A stretch of DNA of 64,000 nucleotides from an uncultured Gemmatimonadales bacterium (GCA_963850905.1 CAWKMU010000003.1:1440001-1504000); one strand, 5' to 3'. Numbered from the stretch's first letter, positions 1-10,743 are shown. A program made the numbers and translations. Notes: generated from the sequence alone by a model not told the origin.

Positions 1-2
1 CG

Positions 3-1015
3 ACGCCACCGGGAGAAGCAGCCCCGGCGATCGACCTCAACGCTCAGCAGTGCAATTTGGTCGTGATCTGGACCAAGGCGCGGCTGGGTCTTCCAGAGGA
101 CACGGGGCCATCGACCGCGAGCGATCGAAGTGCGGCACGCGCTCGGGCAGTGTTCCCCAATGTCACGATGTGTGAGCCCAAGCCCGCCGACGACACGATC
201 GCGCTGGCGGTGGTCGCGGCGCTGCAGGGCGGACAAGCGCAAGAGCGGTCTGACACAGCGTGGTCGGCCTATCTGAACGGTGTGCTCGGCGCCGTGCGCA
301 GCACGTTCGTCATGCCGACCGACCTTCCGCTCAAGGTGTTCGGTTACCCGTTCAGGGAGTCGGCCCCCGTAGTCGCATCGGCGGCCGCCGCTGCTAGCCC
401 GGCGAGTGCAGCCGCACCCGGCTTTGCAACGGTCGTCGCCTTTTCGCTCGACTCGGCTGGGAGTGCGAGTCGTATCCGAGTGGCCGCATCGTCACTGTCA
501 GGAGCGGTCGATACCACGATCCTCGCTGCCGTAGCCAATGCCGCCGCGGCGCACGCCTTTCCTCATCTGCCCTCGTCGCACCGCGCCGACGGGGCAATTC
601 GCTTCGACCTCGTCGTATCGACGGGCCAAGGATCGGTTGGAGGCCATTCGGCGATTCTCGGTCATCTCTTCGCCCCAATGTGGCCTCTGCGTCGACCGGC
701 GTCGTTGGCGGACGGTACGCAACCGGATCTTGCGACCGGCGCGGGGCCGACTCGCATCGGGACCGACAGCGTCACGCTGGAGTTTGTGGTGGACGACCAG
801 GGCCGCGTCGCAATGTCGACGGTCCGCGCGGTCGGCCTGGCGACCGGCGGCGAGTCAGAATGCCGCCGACCGCGCGTTCCTCGGCCGCGTCGTCCACGCA
901 TTACCGAAGCTTTCGATTCGAGCCTGCGCTCATCGGCGCGTGCCCGGTGCGACAGATGATGATTACCGGATTCTCGCTCCATGGCGCCATCGGCATCATG
1001 CCGGGAATGCGTTGA
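3..1015 (+). CDS. TonB C-terminal-like domain protein (5' partial; two apparent +1 frameshifts at ~859 and ~907)
   Basis: Frame is open from the window start. VTLEFVVDDQGRVAMSTVRAV continues in shifted frames as DAADRAFLGRVVHALP and then SFRFEPALIGACPVRQ, which resembles TonB_C. Confidence 0.6.
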
Positions 1016-1017
1016 GG

Positions 1018-2289
1018 CTAGGTTCTAGCAACCTCGGTTTCCCGCAGTTCCGAGAGATGACCTTTCTCGTCCGCGCTCCGGCCGAAGCGAATACCGCGCG
1101 CCTCCGGACCGAAGAGGGTGACGGCGATCCCGACGAGAATGACGATCCCCGCGAACACCCCCATCGCACCGGCGTAGCCCACTCGCGCGGCTGCCAGGTT
1201 CTCGAGGGTCGGGCTCAACGCAGCGATCAACACGCCCACCTGGTACGCGAACCCAGGGAAGAAGCCCCGCAGTTGGTCCGGCGAGAGTTCGTTGACATGC
1301 ACGGGCACGATCCCCCACGCGCCCTGCACCATGAACTGGATGAGGAAACCGCCCGCCAACAGCAACGACATCGATCGAGCGAACAGCCACAGCGGGATAC
1401 AGATCAAACCCAGCGCGAGCGCCGTGATCAGCGCCCGGCGGCGACCCAGCCGCTCCGACATCGCACCGAAAAGCACTCCGCCCAGGATCGCCCCGACTTG
1501 CGAGAACGCAGCGATGCCAGAAGTGGCCGCGACGCTGAAACCTCGATCATGTTGCAGGAACCGCGGGTACAGGTCCTGACTGCCGTGCGAGATCATGTTC
1601 ATCGCCGCGAGAAAGAGGACGACGTAGAGAAACCGTCGCCAATTGTTGATGGCTACGCGTCGGTAGGTCGCCCAATCGGTACGTGATCGGTGCCACGCCT
1701 CGGGCTCGCGGACTTTGGCGCGAATGAACAGCGTCAGCAAGGCAGGGGCGCCGCCCACGAAGAACAGCACTCGCCACCCCCAATGGGCATTGAAATGCGG
1801 ATAGATGAAGAAGTAGGCGCCGGCCGCCAGGAGGGCGCCGAGCGCGTAACCCTCCTGCAGGAAGCCAGACAGGATCCCGCGCCACCGGACTGGTACCGAC
1901 TCCATCGTGAGTGAGGCCCCGACCCCCCATTCCCCGCCCATGCCGATCCCGTAGAGAAAGCGGAGCGTGAGAAACACTGCATACGTTGGCGCGAGGCCGG
2001 AGAGTACCTCGATGAGCGCGAAGTACAGAACGTTGATGATGAGTGGTAGGCGGCGGCCAAACCGGTCGGCGAGCAGTCCGAAGATGATCGCCCCGATCCA
2101 TCGGGTCGACAGCGTCGCCGTCAACGTGAAGACGATCCGCGATACGTCCGTACCGAGGTCCTTCGCGATCGATGAGAACACGAAGGTCAAGACGAAGAAG
2201 TCGAACGCGTCGAGCGTCCAACCGAGGAAGCCCGCGATCACCGCATTCCGCGCGTCGGCGCGGGTCAGCTGGGTCGACGCAGCTGCCAT
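1018..2289 (-). CDS. MFS transporter, SHS (sialate/lactate:H+ symporter-like) family
   Basis: GFLGWTLDAFDFF, GLLADRFGRR and GIGMGGEWG motifs; multiple TM segments; start at MAAAST. Confidence 0.85.
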   Translation of the reverse strand: MAAASTQLTRADARNAVIAGFLGWTLDAFDFFVLTFVFSSIAKDLGTDVSRIVFTLTATLSTRWIGAIIFGLLADRFGRRLPLIINVLYFALIEVLSGLAPTYAVFLTLRFLYGIGMGGEWGVGASLTMESVPVRWRGILSGFLQEGYALGALLAAGAYFFIYPHFNAHWGWRVLFFVGGAPALLTLFIRAKVREPEAWHRSRTDWATYRRVAINNWRRFLYVVLFLAAMNMISHGSQDLYPRFLQHDRGFSVAATSGIAAFSQVGAILGGVLFGAMSERLGRRRALITALALGLICIPLWLFARSMSLLLAGGFLIQFMVQGAWGIVPVHVNELSPDQLRGFFPGFAYQVGVLIAALSPTLENLAAARVGYAGAMGVFAGIVILVGIAVTLFGPEARGIRFGRSADEKGHLSELRETEVART

Positions 2290-2342
2290 GGGATCAGTCT
2301 GGATGGGGCGTCGACGGGCGAATTGCGAGGCACGCCTCGTCG

Positions 2343-3320
2343 CTACGGCCGCGGAATATACGGTACAAGGCCTCGAACGTTCGTCCGGAGTCGGTACACT
2401 GAGGTCTGTGCCGTGAGGTAGAGCGTACCGTAATCGGCATCGCCCCAGGCGAGATTGGCCGGCTGCTCCGGCACGACAATGGTGCCGAGGTGATGGCCCG
2501 AGGGATCCCACACCCACACCCCGCGCGGTCCCGTCACGAACAGATTGCCATCCCGATCGACCTTCATTCCATCCGGGAGGCCATCGCTCCGCGGCCCCGG
2601 CTCTTCCCCGAACAGGCGGCCGTTGCCGATGGTCCCGTTCGGGTTGAAGTCGTAGACGCGGATGTTCTGTTCCTGCGTGTCATCGACGTACAGGTGCTTC
2701 CCATCCGGTGAAAAGGCCAACCCGTTCGGCTGCACCATGTCCTTGGCCAAGAGTTGTACGCCACCGGCCGAGTCGAGTCGATAGATGCCCTGGAAGGGTG
2801 TTTCTTGTGGCTGCCCCTTGGGCAGATCGAGCGTCGGGTCGGTGAAGTACAGCGCGCGGTCAGGGCCGACAACGACGTCGTTGGGGCTATTGAATCGGTG
2901 GCCATCGTAGCGATCGGCCACGGTCGTATAACGGCCGTCGGGCGTAATGGCGATGAGCGCGCGCAGCACGCTGGCACAGTCGATCAACCGTCCACGCATG
3001 TCGAACGTGTTTCCGTCAGGGTCGCCGAGATCGATCAGTGATTCCTTCGTGCCGTCGAGCCGCACGCGAAAGATCTTGTTGATCGTCTCGTCGCTGACAT
3101 ACAGGAACCCCGCCGTGTCCCAGAGCGGTCCTTCCGTGAAGCCAAATCCCGTCGCGACCGTCGTAAGCTGGGTGTCGCGCGAGACCAGCGTCCAGAAAGC
3201 CGGCGACTCGGCCTCGAGTGCGAATGCACGGCGGGGGTGATCGGTGCTCGCAGATTGCTTATGGCAACCCGCGACGATGATGGCCAATAGAACCCAACGA
3301 CCGAAGCGAATCCGAGCCAT
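2343..3320 (-). CDS. SMP-30/gluconolactonase family lipoprotein
   Basis: FGFTEGPLW, FNSPNDVV, PNGLAFSPDG and PDGMKVDRDGNL motifs; lipobox-like VAGC. Confidence 0.9.
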   Translation of the reverse strand: MARIRFGRWVLLAIIVAGCHKQSASTDHPRRAFALEAESPAFWTLVSRDTQLTTVATGFGFTEGPLWDTAGFLYVSDETINKIFRVRLDGTKESLIDLGDPDGNTFDMRGRLIDCASVLRALIAITPDGRYTTVADRYDGHRFNSPNDVVVGPDRALYFTDPTLDLPKGQPQETPFQGIYRLDSAGGVQLLAKDMVQPNGLAFSPDGKHLYVDDTQEQNIRVYDFNPNGTIGNGRLFGEEPGPRSDGLPDGMKVDRDGNLFVTGPRGVWVWDPSGHHLGTIVVPEQPANLAWGDADYGTLYLTAQTSVYRLRTNVRGLVPYIPRP

Positions 3321-3475
3321 CCCTTCTCCCTGCGAGTGGTGGAAGGTCGCACGGTGTCGCATACTGAGGCGTCCTTGTGTTCACACACCGTGTTGCGTCC
3401 CGAGCCACGTCGAGCGCGGTCGTCGGCGGGCAGACGTCATAATGCCGTCATTGGCGCAGGCTGTCTAGCGTCCGC

Positions 3476-5344
3476 GTGATCGCGCCTTTCTTATTCCCGA
3501 TCGCGGTCGGCGTGGTCGCGAGCTTGCTCGCCGCTGTGCGTGTCGTCACGTGGGTCGCAGTCGGTGGGTGGGTCGCTCGCGATGAAGACGGCCCGAACGC
3601 CGTGCCGCTCTCCATCGTCGTCGGGTCGGCGGTCACCGCCTTCTGTTATGCTATCTTCGCGCTCATCGGCCGCCTGAACCTCGCGCTTGCGGTTGACAGT
3701 GCCATCGCCGCGGTAGCGCTCCTGTGCAATCGGCAGATCGTCGCTTGCCGTCTCCGCGGCTTTTATGCGGTGGCGATCGATGCCCTACGCAGGGGGCCAT
3801 GGCGCCGAGTGATTGCGATCGGCTGGTTGGTACTCGCCTGGCTCACGGCGACGGCACCGCCTCGGGACGCCAATGTGCTGCGCTATCATCTCGCACACAT
3901 CCGACAGATCGCACTCGAAGGCCAGTGGACGAGAATCGCCGACACGGCGTACGCGTTGCCGTTCGGCTGGTCCTTCACCTATCTGCCCTTCGAGCTGCTT
4001 CACGTGAGCGTGGCTGCTCAGATGCTCAACCTGGCCATCTGGGTGGTGATCGTCGTTGCGCTGTACGCCGAGCTTCGGGACCGGGCGTCGATCCCCCTCG
4101 GCCTCCTGATGCTGGGATTGGCCTGTCAGCCAATGGTATTCAGGGCGGTCACCACCGCGCATGCCAATGTATATGTCATGTTGCTCATGCTGGTCGTCGC
4201 GCTGCTCATCGGCCAAGGGGATGCGCCGACGCCGCGGTGTGCTGCCCTCCTGGGCTTCGCCGCGTGGATCGGTGCCCAATCTCGGTATCAGGCGCTCGGG
4301 ATCGGGGCGGCAGCATCGCTGATCCTGATCGCGCTCGCGGTGAAGCGGGTAGTGTCTTCACGGACACTCGCGGCGGCTGCGGCGGGCGGCATCGTCGCCG
4401 GCGGGCTGGCGGCGCCATTCTACGTCGCGAATCTGCGGTGGTTCGGCGACCCCCTGTGGCCACTCCTGGTACACGGCAATGCCGCGTCGGCGTCGGCCAC
4501 CGAGCGCATCGCGAGCCTGTTCACGCGACGGACGACCGCGCCGTTGGAAATCGCCTGGCTGCCGCGTGGGCTGTTCCAGCTTGGCTTTGATATCACCGTG
4601 TTTCCAATCCCATGGATGGTTGCCGCAGCCCTCACCGCGGGATGGTGCTTCCCACGTACGCGGCGCATCGCCGCGTTCGTGACCTGCTACATCGTCATCT
4701 GGGCAGCGGTGTCGCCGGTCCCTTTCCCCCGATTCATCATTTTTCTCGTGCCGTTGGTGCCGCTCCTCGGCGCCGACGCACTGGCGCGGCTGGCCGCCCC
4801 CGGCAGCGTAGCCCGACGCTGCACGACCGGAGCACTCATCGCGTTCTGCGCGGTGGTCGCGATCCTCTTGCTCGGGTATAGCAGAGAATCGCTACGCTAT
4901 GCGCTGACCGGTGACCGGGCGCGATACGAGCGCGCGACATGGTTTGCGCCAGTCTTCGACTGGGCCAACGCCGCGACCTCTCCGCAGGCGCGATTCCTCG
5001 TGGTCGTGAAGTCCGGTGGCACGTATGCGCTCGACCGTCCCTACCGGCGCGCAGATCCTGAAGGCAGCGCGGAGGTCGATTGGGCCGGGCTGCCCGACGG
5101 GCAGGCACTGGTCGATCAGCTGCGCGCCGGCGGGTTCCAATACGTCATCTTCGAGGACCGCGATTGGGATCCGTACCCTGGGGGAGCGGCAATGACGCGG
5201 GTCGTCCACGATGCGGTCGCTCGCGGGCTGCTCACGGTGATCGAGACGTTTTCGCTCCGACTGGTCAATTCACGTCTACTCGGGCACTCGATACCGACCA
5301 CGGTACGCGTGTTTCACCTGCCAATGGTCGCGGGGCGGTCGTAG
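3476..5344 (+). CDS. Polytopic membrane protein, probable GT-C-fold glycosyltransferase-like
   Basis: Many TM helices; PPRDANVLRYHL loop, PFYVANLRWFGDPLWP and PRF motifs; soluble C-terminal domain. Confidence 0.55.
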   Translation: MIAPFLFPIAVGVVASLLAAVRVVTWVAVGGWVARDEDGPNAVPLSIVVGSAVTAFCYAIFALIGRLNLALAVDSAIAAVALLCNRQIVACRLRGFYAVAIDALRRGPWRRVIAIGWLVLAWLTATAPPRDANVLRYHLAHIRQIALEGQWTRIADTAYALPFGWSFTYLPFELLHVSVAAQMLNLAIWVVIVVALYAELRDRASIPLGLLMLGLACQPMVFRAVTTAHANVYVMLLMLVVALLIGQGDAPTPRCAALLGFAAWIGAQSRYQALGIGAAASLILIALAVKRVVSSRTLAAAAAGGIVAGGLAAPFYVANLRWFGDPLWPLLVHGNAASASATERIASLFTRRTTAPLEIAWLPRGLFQLGFDITVFPIPWMVAAALTAGWCFPRTRRIAAFVTCYIVIWAAVSPVPFPRFIIFLVPLVPLLGADALARLAAPGSVARRCTTGALIAFCAVVAILLLGYSRESLRYALTGDRARYERATWFAPVFDWANAATSPQARFLVVVKSGGTYALDRPYRRADPEGSAEVDWAGLPDGQALVDQLRAGGFQYVIFEDRDWDPYPGGAAMTRVVHDAVARGLLTVIETFSLRLVNSRLLGHSIPTTVRVFHLPMVAGRS

Positions 5345-5503
5345 AGAGGACAAGGGCCAGAGGGGACGAGGACAAGGCACTCCGCAAACGCCACGTCGGG
5401 TCACGGACTATCTCCTCACGAGGGGTAGGTGGCGGTACCATGGGCTGGAACCGGCCAGTACCTTACCCTGTCCTTCCGTATCCGCATCACTCGTATCTCT
5501 CTC

Positions 5504-5965
5504 ATGCGACCTTGGTTTCTCATCGGCATACTCGTGGTGGTCGCTGCGGGCTGTCATAGTACGACGGCGCCGTCACCCATCACGACGTGGAACTATCAGG
5601 CAAGCAACCTCTCGGCCGGGGAGGTGACCTGCACCTTCGGCGCCGCCATGAATCTGAGCGACACCACCGGGTCCTTCATGGGGGGCTATCAAAACGCATA
5701 TCTCGCCTGTAGCACCCCCGGTGGCGCCTCGAGTACGCTCGTTAGCGGGACGCTCAATGCCGGGACCATCTCGGGAACCTCGATCTCGTTCGAATTCGAG
5801 AACACGGTTGCGGCCAATTCCGGAGAAATCTCCGCGACAATGCAGTTGTTCACGAACAGTGGGTCGATCACCGAAAACACAATGCAGGGCACCGCGACCC
5901 TGCATGTGACGATCGCTGGCCAGCCATATGTGCTGACTGGCCCCTGGCAAGCGACGTTGCAGTAG
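5504..5965 (+). CDS. Hypothetical lipoprotein
   Basis: MRPWFLIGILVVVAAGC lipoprotein signal; Thr/Ser/Gly-rich beta-type body. Confidence 0.7.
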   Translation: MRPWFLIGILVVVAAGCHSTTAPSPITTWNYQASNLSAGEVTCTFGAAMNLSDTTGSFMGGYQNAYLACSTPGGASSTLVSGTLNAGTISGTSISFEFENTVAANSGEISATMQLFTNSGSITENTMQGTATLHVTIAGQPYVLTGPWQATLQ

Positions 5966-5973
5966 CAGCAAAC

Positions 5974-5989
5974 AGCCGGGATCCCGGCT
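5974..5989. terminator. Palindrome between convergent genes, possible terminator
   Basis: AGCCGGGATCCCGGCT lies between the stops at 5965 and 5992. Confidence 0.4.
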
Positions 5990-5991
5990 CT

Positions 5992-6945
5992 TCAGCTCTT
6001 CGCTCCCCTTGCCACCAGATGCATCAACGTATGTATGGCGACTGCCCGCGTCCGGAGCGCACGCTGGAGCTCGGGAACGGTGGACGACCGAAAGCGGATG
6101 TCTTCCCCGAGCTGGCGCTGGGCGATGAGCGGGAGATCGACTGAGCCGACAACCGCGATGACCGGGTAGCCGCCGACTGTGGGCGCATCGGCCATCAGCA
6201 CGATCGGCCGCCCGCCCGCGGGCACCTGGATCGCTCCGGCGCAGAGCGGCGCGGACGCCAGCGCGGTATCGACACCGTGTTGCAGTACGTGGCCGGCGAG
6301 TCGATAGCCGGTTCGGTCGCTGCCTGCATCGATACGAAACGAGGCACTCGTCAACTGGTCCCAGCCAGTCGTCCCGAAAAGGGATGCATGAGGCCCGGGG
6401 ATCACGCGACACTCTGCACTGTCGTACCGTGGTCGGAGCGGCGCCGGCACAACAAACCCGGCCGCCGGCGCTGGTCCGACCGGTGCCGCGAGCGCGATCT
6501 GGTCGTGGGGACGGAGGAGTCGTCCCGCGAAGCCCCCGAAATGCCCAGGCAGATACGTCGCGCGACTCCCGAGGACGAGTGGGACATCGAGGCCGCCGTC
6601 CGTGGCAAGATAGGCGAACCGTCCGCTCGGAAACCGATGGACCGTCAGCGTGCTGCCGGGCTGCACGCGGTAGGTGGTATGCATTGCGGCGGGTTCGCCA
6701 TCGAGCATCGCCTCGACCGGAGCGCCAGCCAACGCGACGAATCCCGCGCGATGCCATCGCACCGTGCCGGCGCCCAATCCCCACTCGAGCGCCGCGGCGT
6801 CGGGCGGATTACCGACGAGCGCATTCGCTGTCGACAGCGCCCACGGATCCATGGCGCCGCCGGCCGGCACTCCCTGTGCGCGAAATTGTTCACGCCCAAG
6901 GTCCTGCACTATGAGGAACGGCGGCGCCGTGAGAACCTCGATCAC
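5992..6945 (-). CDS. pxpC: 5-oxoprolinase subunit C
   Basis: VQDLGR, GAMD, SDRTGYRL, GAIQVP and TVGGYP motifs; overlaps pxpB by 4 nt. Confidence 0.9.
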   Translation of the reverse strand: MIEVLTAPPFLIVQDLGREQFRAQGVPAGGAMDPWALSTANALVGNPPDAAALEWGLGAGTVRWHRAGFVALAGAPVEAMLDGEPAAMHTTYRVQPGSTLTVHRFPSGRFAYLATDGGLDVPLVLGSRATYLPGHFGGFAGRLLRPHDQIALAAPVGPAPAAGFVVPAPLRPRYDSAECRVIPGPHASLFGTTGWDQLTSASFRIDAGSDRTGYRLAGHVLQHGVDTALASAPLCAGAIQVPAGGRPIVLMADAPTVGGYPVIAVVGSVDLPLIAQRQLGEDIRFRSSTVPELQRALRTRAVAIHTLMHLVARGAKS

Positions 6946-7634
6946 CCGCCCCTCGACGGATGCCTGTCGCTCGACTCTCGGACTGGCTCAAAGCGAACGC
7001 GATCGCCTGGCGCGAGGAGCGCGGGCGGGTCGGCGCGCGGATCGAACATCGCAACCGACGTGCGTCCGAGGAGATACCATCCACCGGGAGTGGTCAGGGG
7101 ATAGACCCCAGTCTGGGCGCCAGCGATCCCAACGCTGCCGGCGGGCACGCGCGTGCGCGGCGTGGCACGTCGCGGGAGTACGAGCTTGGGGTCGAGATCT
7201 CCGAGGTAGCCCCACCCGGGCACGAAGCCAATCAGATACACCTGGTACGACCGGTCGCTGTGGCGGGCGATGACTTCAGCCACTGTCAGCCCCGTTCGTT
7301 CGGCCACCTCGTGGAGGTCTGGCCCATCGTATGTGACCGGGATCACGTGATGGCGCGGCGTGGTGTCAGACGGGGGCGATGGCGACGGATCGTGCACGAT
7401 AGACTCCAACGCGTCCGCCACCACAGCGTAGTCCGTGTGCAAGGCGTCGTACCAAACAGTCAGGGCCGCGTATCCCACGACCACTTCGCGCACGTATGGT
7501 AGCCCGGCACACCGGATGCGGCGCGCGAGGGCTTGAACCCGTGCCGCCAGGGCCGCGTCGACTTCGTCGCCGAGTCGAATCGTTGCCGCCGTGTCACCCA
7601 TCGGCAGAATCAATGCGCGGTCCACACCCTTCAT
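6942..7634 (-). CDS. pxpB: 5-oxoprolinase subunit B
   Basis: YDGPDL, IGFVPG, PRTRVPAGSVGIAG and TPGGW motifs. Confidence 0.9.
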   Translation of the reverse strand: MKGVDRALILPMGDTAATIRLGDEVDAALAARVQALARRIRCAGLPYVREVVVGYAALTVWYDALHTDYAVVADALESIVHDPSPSPPSDTTPRHHVIPVTYDGPDLHEVAERTGLTVAEVIARHSDRSYQVYLIGFVPGWGYLGDLDPKLVLPRRATPRTRVPAGSVGIAGAQTGVYPLTTPGGWYLLGRTSVAMFDPRADPPALLAPGDRVRFEPVRESSDRHPSRGG

Positions 7635-8398
7635 GTCGGCGCGAACGGCGCGACCTTGACGCCCGCGTCAGCAAGCCCACGACGAATGGCGCGCAGGAGA
7701 TCGACGGCACCCGGCGTGTCGCTGTGCACACAGATGGAATCGGGTTTCACGCTCAAGTCCTCGCCGTCGATGGACATGACGCGGCCAGTGGCCGCCATGC
7801 GCACCGCCCGTAGGACGACCGCCTCGACATCGTGCAGCACCGAGCCGGCCTGGGAACGCGGGACGAGCGAGCCGTCACGCGCGTACGCCCGGTCGGCGAA
7901 CGCTTCGGCTGCGGTCCTGAGCCCCGCCGCCCGACCGGCCGTCAGGAGATGACTGTTCGCCAACCCGAGCAAAGTGAGCTCTGGATCGGTGGCGCGGACA
8001 CCCTCGGCGATGGCATTTGCGACCGTGCGGTCGACGACGGCACGATTGTACAATGCGCCGTGTGCCTTGACGTAGAGCAGCCGCGTGCCGGCAGCGTGGC
8101 ACACCGCCTGGAGCGCTCCGATCTGATAAATCAGATAGGCCGTGATCTCCGCCGTTGTCGCCGCCAGGTCTCGCCGTCCGAAGCCGAGGAGGTCGGGGTA
8201 CCCAGGGTGCGCGCCGACCGCTACGCCATGCGTGACAGCGGTAGCAACCGTTGCGCGCATGATGAGCGGATCGCCCGCATGGAAGCCGCAGGCCACGTTC
8301 GCCGAGGTGACGAGCGCGAGGAGCTCGGCATCTTGGTCGTGGCGAAAGGCTCCGAACCCTTCGCCCAAGTCAGCGTTGAGATCGATAGAGGGGGCCAC
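7631..8398 (-). CDS. pxpA: 5-oxoprolinase subunit A (LamB/YcsF family)
   Basis: IDLNADLGEG, SANVACGFHAGDP, GAHPGYPD, KAHGALYN and CVHSDTP motifs; start placed at GTG 8398. Confidence 0.92.
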   Translation of the reverse strand: MAPSIDLNADLGEGFGAFRHDQDAELLALVTSANVACGFHAGDPLIMRATVATAVTHGVAVGAHPGYPDLLGFGRRDLAATTAEITAYLIYQIGALQAVCHAAGTRLLYVKAHGALYNRAVVDRTVANAIAEGVRATDPELTLLGLANSHLLTAGRAAGLRTAAEAFADRAYARDGSLVPRSQAGSVLHDVEAVVLRAVRMAATGRVMSIDGEDLSVKPDSICVHSDTPGAVDLLRAIRRGLADAGVKVAPFAPT

Positions 8399-8547
8399 GA
8401 GAGCGATGAGGGGGCGGGTAGCGCGTTGACGCGCGGCTCGAGCGAGGCGAAACTGCCCGTCTATCATAGATTTGATAAAGCCCGGTCACAAGCACGCGTG
8501 GGTTCAATCGGCGCAGCTCCCCGGATTGGGTTCGGGCGAGCAATTGC

Positions 8548-9072
8548 GTGCAGCCGCTGACCCAACCTCCGGAACCCCTAACTCTTGACCCGTTGACTTC
8601 CCCAATGCCTCCAGCGGTGCCCAACCCGGCGGTTGTTGTGACGCCAGTGCTCGTGCCCCCGGAAACGGTGCCTCCGCACCTCGGCATTACGACGATCATG
8701 TCGAGCGTCACTCGGGAGGGCGAATGGGTGATGCCGCGTTTCCTTCGTGCGTTCACCGTCATGGGCGAGGCAACGATCGATCTGACACAGGTGCGGATCG
8801 CGCCAGGCACGTCCGAGATCGATGCCCGCGTGATCATGGGCGAGCTGAAGATCATCGTCCCCCACAACCTGCGTGTGGAATGCACGGGCCAACCGCTCCT
8901 TGGCAGCTTCAAGGTGACGCGCTCGGCGGTGGCCGTCCCAGTCCCTGACGCTCCGCTCGTGCGAATCACCGGCGTCGCATTCATGGGCAACGTGCTGGTC
9001 AAGGTGGTCGATCCCAACGAGCAACGTTGGATGAATCGGTTGCGGCGACGCGGGTTGCTGCCGCCTGGGTGA
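8548..9072 (+). CDS. LiaF/DUF2154-like (DUF1707-associated C-terminal) domain protein
   Basis: REGEWVMP, AFTVMGEATIDL, IMGELKIIVP and GVAFMGNV pattern. Confidence 0.6.
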   Translation: MQPLTQPPEPLTLDPLTSPMPPAVPNPAVVVTPVLVPPETVPPHLGITTIMSSVTREGEWVMPRFLRAFTVMGEATIDLTQVRIAPGTSEIDARVIMGELKIIVPHNLRVECTGQPLLGSFKVTRSAVAVPVPDAPLVRITGVAFMGNVLVKVVDPNEQRWMNRLRRRGLLPPG

Positions 9073-9076
9073 ACAG

Positions 9077-9104
9077 ACGGGTAACGGGTAACCCGTCACC
9101 CGGC
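9077..9104. repeat. Short inverted heptamer repeat between convergent genes
   Basis: ACGGGTA ACGGGTA followed by ACCCGTC ACCCGGC. Confidence 0.5.
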
Positions 9105-9112
9105 CGTTCGCG

Positions 9113-10060
9113 TCACTTGTCCCTCCACACCTCCACCACCGCCGTCTCCCCTGCGCCCGCGACGGTGCCGCCACCGATGACGTAGATCCGGCCGTTCGCG
9201 GCCACAGCGGCGAGGCCGTGGCGGGCCGTCGGCATCGGCGCTGCAATTGTCCAGGTATCGCGGACAGGGTCGTAGATCTCGTGGTTCGCGAACACGCCGC
9301 CCCGCTGTTCGCCGCCGAATGTGTGGATCTGGCCGTCCAGCACGGCCGAGCCCAGCCCACCACGGTGGCTGGGCATGGGCGATTTTGTCGTCCACCGATC
9401 GGTCGCCGCGTCATACGCCTCGACGACATCGAAGTTTTGGAGGTTGATCGGCCGGCCCCCAATGGCGTAGAGCACGCCGTTGACGACCTGCGCCGTGAGA
9501 TGATCGCGCTTGGTCGGGATGGGCGCGTGGTTGCTCCATCGGTTCGTGGCCGGATCGTAGATCGCGATGGAGTCGAGCAGGTCGCGGTGCGCCCCGAAGC
9601 CGCCGACGACAATCAACTTTCCGCCAACGACGCCAACGGCCGATGCCCCACGTGGTGCTGGGAGTTCCGGCCGACTCTCCCACACGTTTCGCTCGGGTCG
9701 ATAGATCCAGAGGTTGGTGGTGCCAACGAACTGCTGGGCGCCGCGGAGTCCGCCGACGGCGTATAGGGTGTCGTTGACGACCGCCAGTGGCATGTGATGG
9801 CGCGCCTCGGGGAGATCGGCGATGCGTTCCCAGTGGTCGCGCGCCGGATCGTACCGGTATGCAACTTTGGTCGGCGAGTCGGTGGAATCGAAGCCGCCGG
9901 CGATGTAGATGTGACCTTCGAAGAGCGTGCCGTGCTCCTCTTCAATCGGCTCAGGGACAGGCGTGCTCTTCGACCACGAGCCTGCGCCAAAAGTCGTGAT
10001 CACCATGACCGCGGCGAGTGCTGGTGTCACCTTGAAGCGCTCGACAACCTTGGAAAGCAT
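9113..10060 (-). CDS. Kelch repeat beta-propeller protein
   Basis: About six (I/L)Y(A/V)xGG...YDP...W kelch repeats. Confidence 0.9.
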   Translation of the reverse strand: MLSKVVERFKVTPALAAVMVITTFGAGSWSKSTPVPEPIEEEHGTLFEGHIYIAGGFDSTDSPTKVAYRYDPARDHWERIADLPEARHHMPLAVVNDTLYAVGGLRGAQQFVGTTNLWIYRPERNVWESRPELPAPRGASAVGVVGGKLIVVGGFGAHRDLLDSIAIYDPATNRWSNHAPIPTKRDHLTAQVVNGVLYAIGGRPINLQNFDVVEAYDAATDRWTTKSPMPSHRGGLGSAVLDGQIHTFGGEQRGGVFANHEIYDPVRDTWTIAAPMPTARHGLAAVAANGRIYVIGGGTVAGAGETAVVEVWRDK

Positions 10061-10074
10061 CGGCGGGTTCCGGT

Positions 10075-10743
10075 TCAGCGGCCGAGCCGAATCGTCGTAA
10101 CGTCGGGCGGGGCCAGCTGCGGTGTCGAGAGCTTCGGGTCGGGCTCGGGTTGGTGGATGGCAATCGTGATGGGAACCACGCCAGCCCAGATCGGCAGAGC
10201 GTAGTCCTCGTCTTCATCCTTCGGGGGACCGACGCGCACCTTAGCGGAGACCTCCTCGAGATCGAGGCGCAGGACCGAGGTCGCCTTGATCTCCTGCGGC
10301 GTCGTTTCCCGCAATGTGTCCCACCGTCCGGGGACGACACGCTGCACGAACCCGCGCAAAGCGGCGAGCTTCGCATCGGCGTCGTGAATCACTTCGGCCG
10401 TTCCGAACGCCATGACCGATCGATAGTTGATCGAGTGGTGAAATGCGGAGCGAGCGAGTACGAGACCGTCGAGATGTGTGACAGTCACGCACACCGGAAT
10501 GCCATGCGACTGTGCCCGCAGCATGCGGCTCGCCGCCGACCCGTGCCAATACAAGTGGTTTCCCTCGCGCCAGCACGCGGTCGGGGTGACGTATGGTCGT
10601 CCGTCAATGTTGTAGCCCACATGGCAGACCAGCGCGGCGTCAAGGATGGCATAGACTGTCTCGCGGTCGTACTTCCCCCGCTCGGGCAGGCGCTTGACGC
10701 GTGTGCGTTCTGTCGGTACGAATGGGGAGTTGGATTGCGGCAT
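10075..10743 (-). CDS. Pyridoxamine 5'-phosphate oxidase-like flavin-nucleotide-binding protein
   Basis: RGKYDRE, LYWHGS and DGLVLARSAFHHSINYRSV motifs. Confidence 0.88.
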   Translation of the reverse strand: MPQSNSPFVPTERTRVKRLPERGKYDRETVYAILDAALVCHVGYNIDGRPYVTPTACWREGNHLYWHGSAASRMLRAQSHGIPVCVTVTHLDGLVLARSAFHHSINYRSVMAFGTAEVIHDADAKLAALRGFVQRVVPGRWDTLRETTPQEIKATSVLRLDLEEVSAKVRVGPPKDEDEDYALPIWAGVVPITIAIHQPEPDPKLSTPQLAPPDVTTIRLGR

